Shown piece after piece: positions 1-11,000 of a stretch of DNA of 64,000 bases (the stretch's first letter is position 1; every line of letters begins with the position of its first letter). The notes below the pieces were generated by a model, which did not search any database, was not told where the DNA came from, and was given only the letters and a program-made list of their open reading frames with translations. Origin of the DNA: Octopus vulgaris (Eukaryota); contig OX597816.1 in the NCBI GenBank assembly GCA_951406725.2, positions 78,554,001-78,618,000 on the forward strand, written 5' to 3'. The position numbers and the translations under genes are program-made.

Positions 1-152
1 GTGATAGTACTTAAGATACGAGTGTTATCATTTTTAAGATGTAAATAATAATTTCTTTAAAAGGCTAAAAGGGCTCTTAATAAAAAAAAAGAGAGTAAAT
101 ATTAATGCAATTTAAATATTTTTGAGCAAAATCAAATATAAATAAAACTTAC

Positions 153-266
153 CTGAGCAATTATATTCATCTTCTCCATTGGGACAATGATCTATACCAT
201 CACATTTTTCAGAAAAAGAATAGCATGTGGCATTGTTATTACAAGGATACCAGTTTTCTTCACAAC
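153..266 (-). CDS. Exon: LDLa module 3 ([38 protein letters not shown])
   Basis: ttcaaaag| acceptor, TCAG|gtaagt donor, 114 nt, phase 1-1, six Cys and acidic EDE-x-x-C end. Confidence 0.92.
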
Positions 267-919
267 CTTTTGAAGAAAAAAGAAATAATGATTATAAATA
301 CTATTGAAATTTATGAAATCACACTCATTTTTTTTTAATCAAGCAAACTTTCTAATTATAAATTATAACATATTCATAAAATATAGAGTTCAAAACCTAG
401 GTAAGGCTGTAAAAAAACACAAGGTAAAAGTTTTTATTTTTTATTCTTTTCGAAATTGCTCTTAAATGTGGTTTTGGTCATTTTGACTGCTCCTTCTAGC
501 ATGTAAGACTGCCTGTTAAGGGTCGTCTCTTTTGTGTTTAAATGTACACTAATTTCATAAATTATAACATATGTGACATTTAAAAAAAATTATTTTTTAA
601 TAAGTTTTCAAATATTAAAAAAGATCAATAGGCAAATTCAATTTGTCTCTAGATTTTGGTATGTATTTGGATCAGAGTGGTGAAAAAGCTTAATCTTTCT
701 GACTTAGTGCTGGTGCCGCATAAAAAGAACCGGGGCTGGTGCCATGTAAAACTACCCTGTACACTCTTTGAAGTGGTTGGCTTAAACAGGGAAACATAAG
801 AAGAGATTAATATTTTTTAAAATATAAAAATACTCTCTTGTAGGTTAACTATATGCTATTGTTCCAATTCCTAGAAACACATCAAAGAAATTGTTAGGGT
901 CATTATTATGTCATTGCTC

Positions 920-1142
920 AAGGTGGGGAACTGGCAGAACTGTTAGCGTACTGGGCAAAATGCTTAGTGGAATTTTGCTTGTCTTTTTGTTCTGAGTTCA
1001 AATTCTGCTGACGTTGACTTAGTCTTTCATTCTTGTGGGATTGATGAAATAATGTACCAGTGGCGCATTGGGGTCAATGTAGTCAACTAGTCCTCCCACT
1101 CCCAAAGTTTCAGGCCTTGTACCTAGAGTAGATAGGATTATT
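920..1142 (+). mobile_element. tRNA-headed SINE, family A
   Basis: A-box-like TGGCAGAA and B-box-like GAGTTCAAATTC, conserved core CTTTCAT...GATnAAATAAnGTACCAG, (TTA) tail; homologous copies near 2341, 33790 and 59915. Confidence 0.75.
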
Positions 1143-1149
1143 ATGTCAT

Positions 1150-1375
1150 TGCTAATAATTTCGGTTGCCTTCCTTTGGATGTGGTCTTAGATGTCTCTGT
1201 GTGTTGCAGTGGCACTACCCCATATGTGGCAGCAGTATTCCATTGAGAGTCTCACCTGAGCTTCATGGAGGATTAGTAGTTGGAGACTGATGTATTTTGT
1301 GGTGCTGAAGAGGAAGCCAGTTTTTGCTATGTTCTCTTCTTTGTTGAGGATGTGCATTATCAGGGGAAATATATT
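1150..1375 (-). mobile_element. CR1/L2-like LINE RT C-terminal fragment
   Basis: Translates LLILHEAQVRLSMEYCCHIWGSA, matching the YKxxVRPxLEYCxxxW motif of CR1/Jockey-group RTs. Confidence 0.6.
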
Positions 1376-1550
1376 CAATGATGATGTACTGGAATTTGTT
1401 ATGAAAATATGGAAGAAATGAAAGTTTTATTCCTGATAGATTATAAAAATGGAACTTTTGCAACTAATTTATGTTATCATTTATTTGATAAATTCTGTAT
1501 ATTTTCTGAAATACAAATATCAAGAAAAATAAAAATTTGAACAGTCTTAC

Positions 1551-1859
1551 GTTTGTGTAAACATCTTCCTGGGATTATTGAAACACTGTCAAGTGCCATT
1601 GCTCCAGATGTGCTGTTTCCCTCCTTTGAGTATGCAAAGTGAATGTTGTGAATTCCTCCAGACAATGTGATATTGACACCTCTCCACATATCATAATCAA
1701 ATTTAGAAAGGTTCATTAGGTAAGTATTATTGTCATAAACCGATGCAGTACCATTTCCATAAAACATGTAATGAAAGTTAAAGCAGAAAGTCTCCTCAAT
1801 TTCTATTTGAGGTACTGTAAACTTGCTTTCTTCTCTATAATATGACATTATATATTGGC
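1551..1859 (-). CDS. Exon: MAM domain 5, C-terminal part (GQYIMSY...FCFNFHYMFYG...W...MALDSVSIIPGRCLHK)
   Basis: ttttgcag| acceptor, AAAC|gtaaga donor, 309 nt, phase 1-1; CxxFxY and ALDxVxIxxGxC MAM motifs. Confidence 0.93.
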
Positions 1860-1959
1860 CTGCAAAATAAAGTAATATTTCATTGTAAGTAAATATCATG
1901 ACAAGAGACCAAGCATTTAAAGTGTGTAGGAAAATGAAAAGCTTATAGAATTTTATGAT

Positions 1960-2335
1960 TTTACTTGCTGGGTTGGGAAAAAGAGGAAGTACCCATGATA
2001 TTTGTGGTTCTTCCAAGACCAAAGAGATTCATGCCATTACTCTGTTTGCTTTTGTTTGTTTTTGAGAAAACAAACATGTGCAGGATAACCATCAGCAGAA
2101 AGGAAATTTCAGAAGGCTGATGTCTTGGAGAGGAAGGACTGAGCAATGTGGTTAGTACAGAACCTGGCAGAGTTGGACATTACATGGGTGATGAAAGGAT
2201 GGATGGGTTGGGACTGCTTGAGTTGAGGTGGCATGAGACCATATTGTTCTGAGGAACAGGCTACTATAGTGGTGGTATCAAAAGTAGAGAGAGACGACCA
2301 CATGTTTGCAGGCCAATGGCTAGAGTAAGACTCTG
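1960..2335 (-). mobile_element. CR1/L2-like LINE 3' end fragment
   Basis: Degenerate CSSEQYGLMPP...TNHIAQSFLSKTSAF terminus typical of this clade. Confidence 0.5.
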
Positions 2336-2340
2336 AGTAA

Positions 2341-2560
2341 TATAATCCTTTCTACTCTAGGCACAAGGCCTGAAGTTTGACGGGAGGGCTAAGTTGGTTA
2401 CCTTGACCCCAGTGTTCAACTGGTACTTAATTTATCAATCCCAAAAAGATGAAAGGCAAAGTCGGCCTCAGTAGAATTTGAACTCAGAATGTGAAGATGG
2501 GTGAAATGCCACTAAGCATTTTGCTTGGTATTCTAGTGATTCAGCCAGCTTGCTGCCTTA
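2341..2560 (-). mobile_element. tRNA-headed SINE, family A (inverted relative to 920-1142)
   Basis: Reverse complement aligns full length with 920-1142 (AAAATGCTTAGTGG, TTCTGAGTTCAAATTCT, CAGGCCTTGTnCCTAGAGTAGAnAGGATTA). Confidence 0.8.
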
Positions 2561-2699
2561 CTCTGAAGTAATGTGAAGAAGTTGAGTGACTTTTCCTTGG
2601 ATGCAATCTAGGATGTTTGTGTATGCAATAGTAATACTGTCCCAGATGTGAGAACAGCACATTCCACAACAAAAGATTTAAGGCCATTTTCCTTCATAA

Positions 2700-5440
2700 A
2701 ACTGGAGTTGGCTTAACGTGTCCAATGATAATCTTTCCATTTTGTTTCATTGCCTTCATTTTCCCTCACTAATACCCTTGCCCCCATTTCCTCTGCATTA
2801 ATCTTTAACAATGTCTGTTTTGTTTTTCCACTTTCCTCTGACTCCCTCCACATTCGTTTCCATCAATCCTCTCACTTAGTCACTTTCATCCATCCCCAGC
2901 ATATGACCTAGTCAATTTTCTTTACAGCATCCATCACTAACTATATTCCTATTATCTGCACTTAATTTGGTTGCATTCTTCTCTATTAGTGGTACTCAGT
3001 TCATCTACCAAACCATTCTAAGTTCTTTTCTTTCCAACCTTCTGTGCTACTTCACATTTATACAGGTCCCATAAATTATAACACTTGTTCCCATAAATCA
3101 TAGTACTTCTTACTCATGATACATAAACCTCTCCATTTATTTTCAGTGGTACCCAGCTTTTCATTACCATACAACTCACTTTCAGGAATGTCATCCATGT
3201 ACATCCCACTCTAGCCACCATTGCCATTTGAAAGGTCTGAGGTAACCAAATGCTTTCTCACCTTTCATCTTCATACCATTTTCAAGACTCAGTTCAACTT
3301 ACCCTCTAACTACAGCTCTCTCTATGCATATACTTAAATATAACTACCACATTAATCAATTTTCAATGAATTCACTCAGTGGATAGGGTACACTTAAACG
3401 AGTTTTAACACCCTTTATGCATACTGCACATGGTCTTTTCTTCTCATCACATGCTTCCCCACTTGCTAGTACCTATTCTTACAACTATGCACACTCTCTC
3501 ATACACTGTCATCCCTGCTCTAAGCAATCTTTCCTCTACTTTTTAACTCTCTTAATGCCCCAGTCACTATTTTGTGTGAAATCCTATCAAAAACCTCCTC
3601 CAGCCTAGAAACATTTTCTCTTTTAATTGCCTCACAATACTTAAAAAGAAAAGTACAATAGTTGTTCCTCTTTCTGATGTAAACGACCCAGCTTTTAACA
3701 AATAAACAGAACATTAATGACATTAAAGTCACTAATCTTCAAGAGCTGGTGAAAGAGATAGGCATTATCCCTTCCTGTAAATCTAACATATAAAAAAAAG
3801 ATAAAAGCCTGTTTTTCATTACACTTCACTTCCTGTATCATTCTCTTGATTATTAACTCTCATCTAACTTCATTCCATGCTCCATTAGATTAATTGCTCT
3901 AAATGAGCCACAGACTTAAGAATCACTTTTCTTATGAACAGAACAATTCTCAGAATATGACTTTTTCCCCAACCAGCCTATAAATCTCAGTAATTTTCTT
4001 CATACTTTAACTTTCCACAAGTTTTAACATACTTTCCAGAACTTTTCTCAGATCTCCTGCTTTTCAGTTTTTCAATTCTCTTATTAATTTCTCAAATACT
4101 TTTTCTGTTATTTCCTCTGCCATTCCAAAAAGTGAATAGCTCTCTATGCTTTCATCCAATTGATTTCTCAAGTTGAACAACCTCCCCACATATCCTTTTA
4201 ACTTTCCCTTAGTTCCATCTCAGGTCACAATTTATTCCACCTCATCCTTCAAGCAGCTCACTCTTGTCACATTGCATCTCTCTCTGGTTGTTTTGCAATC
4301 TTAAATACCTCTCTCTGACCTTGCTCTCAATCTATATTTACTCTGAATATTTTTTAATGTACTTCTTTCTTTATAGCCTTCTTGCTGCTTTGTAACTTTC
4401 ATGAGGTGTATCCTCTGCTACTGATATCCCATAACCTCTACCATTCTCTGAACCTCTTCCCTTTGTCATCATCTTATCACCATCTTTCTGAGTGTCTTGG
4501 CGGGTCTCTGTTCATCCATACACACCATCACTAGTTACTAAAAATTATCCTTCAGTGACCTCTAACTATTTTCATGTTCAACGATTTCACCCTCAACTGT
4601 ACTCAGCTTCTCATTTAAAGCCTCTCTCATTCTCACTCCTTTCAGTCTGACACTTTTATCTTTAATTGGTACTTCATCTGCTGAGCTCTCCTCCTTTTCT
4701 TACTCTGATGTCATACAAACTATATGATGCCTCCTCTCCTGGGATTACATTTGTACCTGTATTCTGAAGATTTCACCTGTCTCATTACATATGTGCCTTC
4801 AAGTTATCAACAAGTGACATCAACCAAACTGATGTATTAAATATGTGTATTATCTGCTTTCTTAAAGAGAAAATATAACAGATTAATAACTCTATCAACA
4901 CATTCCAAAACTCTTTCATCCATACCATCCCTTACACCATATTTGTAATCCCTATAATCTTTCTCCAAGCCATGCTAATTTTCACATTCATTCAAGTCCC
5001 TTCCAACTACAATAACTTCCTCATCTTTCATATTTTCTCTCAGTTTCTCTATCAAATACCAAATCCATCCTCTTCAAAACTCTGAGATAATGTTCAGCAA
5101 GATCTTTCCAATCACCATTATCACCAACATTAGCTTTTCATTTGTTTTTATCAAAGCCACCACACTATCTACAAAATCTACATAAATCTAGGCACAAAAT
5201 CCATATACATCATTTGGACAACCTCACTACCTAAATTCGTACTTCTGTCCTTGCCTTTCCCTCTTCACTCTCAAACAACTTCATTTCGATCTTTTGACAA
5301 TATGATACCAACTTTCTTTTGATCAATGTGTCATCCACCTTCTCTGATCTCTCTGTCATCTTTCCTACATCCCATGTCCCAAATTTCAGGTGTCAATCTT
5401 TACAAGGGACCATCATAAAATGAGCTAATTTCTCCCTTGC
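2700..5440 (-). mobile_element. Old, highly decayed RTE-type LINE (EN + RT remnants)
   Basis: Pyrimidine-skewed plus strand; minus-strand remnants such as LKFGTWDVGKMT (EN start) near 5370 and RT/3' remnants toward 2700; no long ORF. Confidence 0.6.
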
Positions 5441-6089
5441 TTTGACTATGTTCTCCAATTTGAGCTTGAGAAAAGGAAATGAGGATCTGCACAGAGTACA
5501 TTGGATCATGAGCAATCCATATGTAATCACTCATCATGGGGTTCTTTTTGAGGCAGTGTTTTTCAGCTTGTTGCCCTTCCTGATTGTGACCCTTTTAACC
5601 ACCTCTTATGATATGTTGCAATACAGTGTACCTATTCCAAATTGGGATATATGTAATTTATACTTTTGTTGGTAAGGAAAAAAGAAGTTTCTTTATGATA
5701 TTTCATTGTAATGAAACATACATAGTACCTATACATTCATAAGATGAAATCATTTTGAGTATTGTCTACTAAATGTGCAAATATTGTGAAAAAAGATAAG
5801 CACAAGGGAATCATGAAAGCACATGTATTAATGAGAGTGAATACTGGATAGAGGTATAGCTGAGTGGGAAAAAATTAATTAATGAGAAGAAATGCCTGTA
5901 GAAGAAGCTAAATATAGACCTGAAAGGAAATAGCTAAATTAGCACCAAAAATCTTGAGTTTCATAGAAAAAATTATGCAATATTGATAAGCACTGAGAAA
6001 TAGTTTATGGCAGACATCTCCAGTACATGTTATCATGGAGATATAAATATTGAAATAGCAAATAATTTAAATGTTGAAAGACATTTCAC

Positions 6090-6224
6090 CTTCATATGTT
6101 CCTTCTGAATTATCAATTGAGGGTATATCGCCAGACATTCCAGTAGATATCCACCATGCATTTTCTGGGTGACTTTTACAACCACACATATTAGTATCTT
6201 CAAAATCACATGAAAAGTATATTG
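6090..6224 (-). CDS. Exon: MAM domain 5, N-terminal part (PIYFSCDFEDTNMCGCKSHPENAWWISTGMSGDIPSIDNSEGTYE)
   Basis: aatttcag| acceptor, GAAG|gtgaaa donor, 135 nt, phase 1-1; canonical CDFE-x4-CG...W...PxxD..GT. This frame is absent from the ORF track. Confidence 0.92.
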
Positions 6225-8006
6225 CTGAAATTCAGAATAAGTTAAGATCAGTAAAGGAGCAAATAGTGACAATGACAATATTCCTGGTATTTCAATGATC
6301 TATCAGTAATCTAATGATTGATTATTGAACTTAGTTTCATTAGTATAAAATTTAGCTTGCAATTTTACATTTCATTAGTAATATAGATAACAATAGTAGT
6401 GATAGAAAGCTTAAACCATTATCCGAATTAAGCTTTTGAATCTGAACATAGAGACACTTTCTGTGAGCATATTTTTGCATGTCAGATCAGTTGTAATTTG
6501 TTTGTAGAAACAAAGTTTATTGTAGTTAGAAAGAAGTTATGAATTTTATTGTGGACTTGAAACCACCCCAGACTCTAAATCTGTAAATAGATGTGTTGGC
6601 CACAAAGCAAAATTATTTCCCCACATTTCTTTTTTTAATTTAAAGATATATCTGTAACAGATAGGTTATCAACATACTTATAAGTGTGAAAAATACATAT
6701 TTTGAAGCAAACTCATATGAAGCAACTGTGTATTCACAAACTGTACTAAGTGATATGACAAGCTAGATGGTGCAACCAATAATGGAGAGAAAGGGAGAGA
6801 GAGAGAGGGGGGTGGGGGAAGAAAAGAGAGAAAGAGAATGTGGTTGGGTTGTTTGGTTTCTTAGACATAGCAACAAATTTTTATCAAATCACATTTTCAT
6901 GTCTTAAAGAAAAGAGGTTCACATTAGATAATCTCTCTATATATAAACGGCAGTTTGTCTGTGCGTGCTTCTGTGTGTCTGTTTTCTCGTACCCTCACCC
7001 TGACCACGGCTTTCAACCGATTCTGATGAAACATGACACACACATAGCCCAATGTCATAATTCAAAACTAACGCAGCGAAAATTTTGAAAAGTTCCCCCA
7101 GTTCTGAAAAAATTGATAAATTCGACATGGGGTCGAGAATCATAAACACGAACCGCAGACTGTCTAGGGAACGCAACTCGAGAATCTAAGCTTTTTTTAT
7201 GCAACGCATTATCTATGGTAGTTTTCACAACTTGCAATCGATTTTCACCAAACTCATGGTGAAGCTTAATGTTACCCTAAGAAACTCAATTCTGACGTTA
7301 GTTTTCCATGCAATACCTTACCATCAGAAACAATCGATAAAATCATGCCATTTTGGGAAATCGCGTTCAAATTCAAGATGACATATTTTCGACAATATCT
7401 TTCACAAATTGGCAGGAATCTTTTTTTTTTTCACAACGAGCATCATGTCTGCTCCAAGGAGCTATATAGCCCTTTTTATTCCAATAGGATACATTATTGG
7501 AAAAAATCGGTTAATTTAATCATATGTGGCACACATAGCAAACAAATTTGTGTATTAAACACAAACCAGACTGTCTAGGGGACGCAACTTGACCTTTTTA
7601 GCTATCGATAATTCGATCCAACCAATTCCTACTAGGAAGAAATTACATTCGAGACTTTACCCCCAACACCGCCACTTCTGCTAATAGCTGCTGCAGCCGC
7701 AAGTTATTCGAGTACTTTTTTTGTTTAAACTTTCTTTATAACTACCACCCCAAACGTTTTACCTTCAATTTTTGACGTACCCTAACGGTCCTCGGACGCT
7801 ACTTGCAAACTCTTGGTTTATTATAAACCACTTTTGTCGTGTGCATCAAAAAACTTTTCCTTTCGTTTGTTCAGTTTGATCACTTTTGACATTTTCGTTG
7901 TTGTCACTCACATTGCTGCCAGCTTTTTGGCCGTTTTTGTACATTTTTATACATTTTCGGATACTTACCCCACGAGCTCCTTTTTATTACACCTTTACCA
8001 AACACA

Positions 8007-11000
8007 TTGCTATCCACCAAAATACTTACCCCACGTGTTCCTTTTTATTACACTGCTTCTGCTAGGGCTTCAGATGGTGCTGAGGCGAGAGCTGAAAGGC
8101 TTTCAAGGGATGCCACTGCTACCGCTGTCGCACGTGCATCTGAATCTGCTGAGGCACGGTGCACTCGACTTGAGAGTATCAACAAACGTCGGGATATCAT
8201 TCGTGGTGTACGTACCCCTGCCCCCGCTTTCTGGTTGTCACTAGCATTCAACTACGACGCCACAATTAACTTCTCCTTGTGTGACGACATCAAGATAGGG
8301 TCAATGACAATTGTATGCCAGTTTTGCAAAGCCAAGAAATGGCCCGGAGAGCCACCTGGTTTGTGCTGCTCTGGTGGCAAAGTGGACCTGCCACCCCTAC
8401 GGGAACCACCTCAACCACTGAAGGATCTCGCGGCGGGTTTAACCCCCGATTCGTCACAATTCCTTGAAATAATTCGAAAGTACAACTGCTCATTCCAAAT
8501 GACCTCTTTCGGGGCCAAAATTCCTCCCAGAGAAGGCTGGATGCCTACTTTCAAAGTGCAGGGACAGGTCTACCATCTTATTGGGTCACTTCTGCCAGAC
8601 GAGATTCAGCAGTCTTCTTTCCTCCAAATATACTTCATTGCCGACTACAACCACCAGGTTGATGCACGCCTTGGAATAATACCGGGTACAAGCTATGTTC
8701 CCCGCAAAGACATTCTTCTCCGTCTCCAAACCATGCTTCATGATATCAACAGCTACGTCTGCAGCTTCAGATATGCCTTGGACAGTGCTCCATCTCCAAA
8801 CTTCACCGTTGTCATTGATGCTGATAAACGACCCCACGGGGAGCACGAACGCCGTTTCAACGCACCTGCGTGCAACGAAATTGCCGCAGTCATACACGGA
8901 GAGCAACACAACAGCCGTGACATAATGATCTCCTCCCGTGGTAACAACCTACACAGGATCAGTGAGACTCACAGATCTTATGACGCGCTTCAGTATCCAT
9001 TGCTTTTCCCTTATGGGGAAGACGGCTGCCACTTCGGAATTCCTTTACGGCAGCCCTCCAATCAAACTACTGCGGCATCAAAGACGGTTTCCTGCAGGGC
9101 GTTCTACTCATACCGGTTCATGGTCAGGGAGGTTGAGTTTAACTTATTGCCCCGTTGTCGTCAGCTATTCAACCAGTTCGCCGTCGACATGGCCGCAAAA
9201 ATGGAATCGGAAAGGCTGCTATATATTAAACTTAATCAGACCAAACTTCGCTCCGACTCCTACATTCATCTCCGTGACGGTTTGCAACAAGAAAATGACC
9301 CTCGCAACATCGGCAAGCCATGCATTCTACCCTCCACCTTCACGGGAGGACCGCGATATATGCGTGAAAGGACCCAAGACGCCTTGACCTACGTGCGCAT
9401 TTACGGCCGGCCGGACCTCTTTATCACCTACACGTGCAATCCCAGCTGCGACGAAATCACTCGCGAACTCCTCCCGGGTCAATCTCACACCCATCGACAC
9501 GACATCGTTGCTAGGGTTTTCCGTCTGAATTTGGGCAAAATGAAGGATTTGATAGTTAAGGGTCAGATTTTCGGGCATGTCAGGTGCCACATGTTTTCGG
9601 TCGAGTGGCAAAAGAGGGGCTCGCCACATGCTCACATCTTAATTTGGCTCACTCATAAAATCGAGACTAATGACATTGACAAATTCATTTCCGCCGAGAT
9701 TCCTGATCCCGATGAGGACCCCGGACTCTACGAAATTGTCCGCACTACCATGGTACACGGGCCCTGTGGACCAAATTACGCCAACACACCATGCTACAAA
9801 AACGGATTAGCCTGCTCAAAGGGATTCCCTAAACGGTTCACTTTGGAGACTCAAACAGGCGGCGATGGGTATCCGCTGTACAAACGAAGGAGTCCAGCCA
9901 ATGGAGGCCGCACGATTACGGTTGGGCGACATCAAGTGGACAACAGCTACATTGTCCCCTACTGTCCTCTCCTGTCGAAGATATTCAAAGCCCACGTCAA
10001 CGTTGAGTTCTGCAGCTCCATCAGGTCAATACAATATGTCTGCAAATATATCAACAAAGGCAGCGATGCTGCCATGTTCAGCATCCAGAGGACCACCAGT
10101 CGCGACGAAGTGTCCAACTACTTGGCTGGCCGGTACCTCAGCAGCAACGAAGCGTTTTGGCGCAATTACGGCTTCCCGCTCCATCAGAGACACCCGGCTG
10201 TGGTGCAGCTTGCTGTACACTTGGAAAATGGACAGCGGATTTACTTCACAGAGCAAAGTGCTGTGCAGATAGCCACCAGCCCTAAAGACACAACGTTGAC
10301 TGGTTTCTTCAAATTATGCCAACGTGATGACTTCTCTCGAACGCTTTTGTACCCACAGGTCCCATCGTACTTCGTGTGGTCTAAAAACACCTGGGTTCGA
10401 CGGAAATCCGGCAAAAACGTCGAAAGCTTCCCAGGCGTCAAGTTTGACTCCTGCCTGGGTCGAGTTTACAACATCCCGCCAAACCAGCAAGAATGCTTCT
10501 ACCTCCGTCTCCTTCTACATGAGGTCACTGGTCCAACAGGTTTCGCCAATATACGTACCGTCAATGGGGTTCTGTGCGACACCTTCAGGGAAGCATGTAT
10601 GAGACTTGGCCTTCTAGAGGATGACTCCCAGTGGGACGCCACGATGGCAGAGGGTGCTTTACTGCAAACGCATTCGGCCCTACGACATCTTTTCGCAATC
10701 CTTCTTCAAAAATGTCAGCTTAGTGATCCACTAAGTCTCTGGATGAAATACAGGGATGACATGTCGCACGACGTCTTACGTACGGCTCAGCAACACTGCC
10801 CTTCCGCCGAGATCACGTTCACCAACTTCACTTACAATTTTGCGCTCATTCAATTCGAAGACGCTGTCATCGATATGGGTGGGTATGCTTTAACAGAGTA
10901 CGGCCTTCCACCACCCACACGTGAACACGCCAATGTTATGTCTGCTGAATTGTTACGCGAAACTTCCTACTGCATTGAGGAACTGCACCAGTACGTCCAA

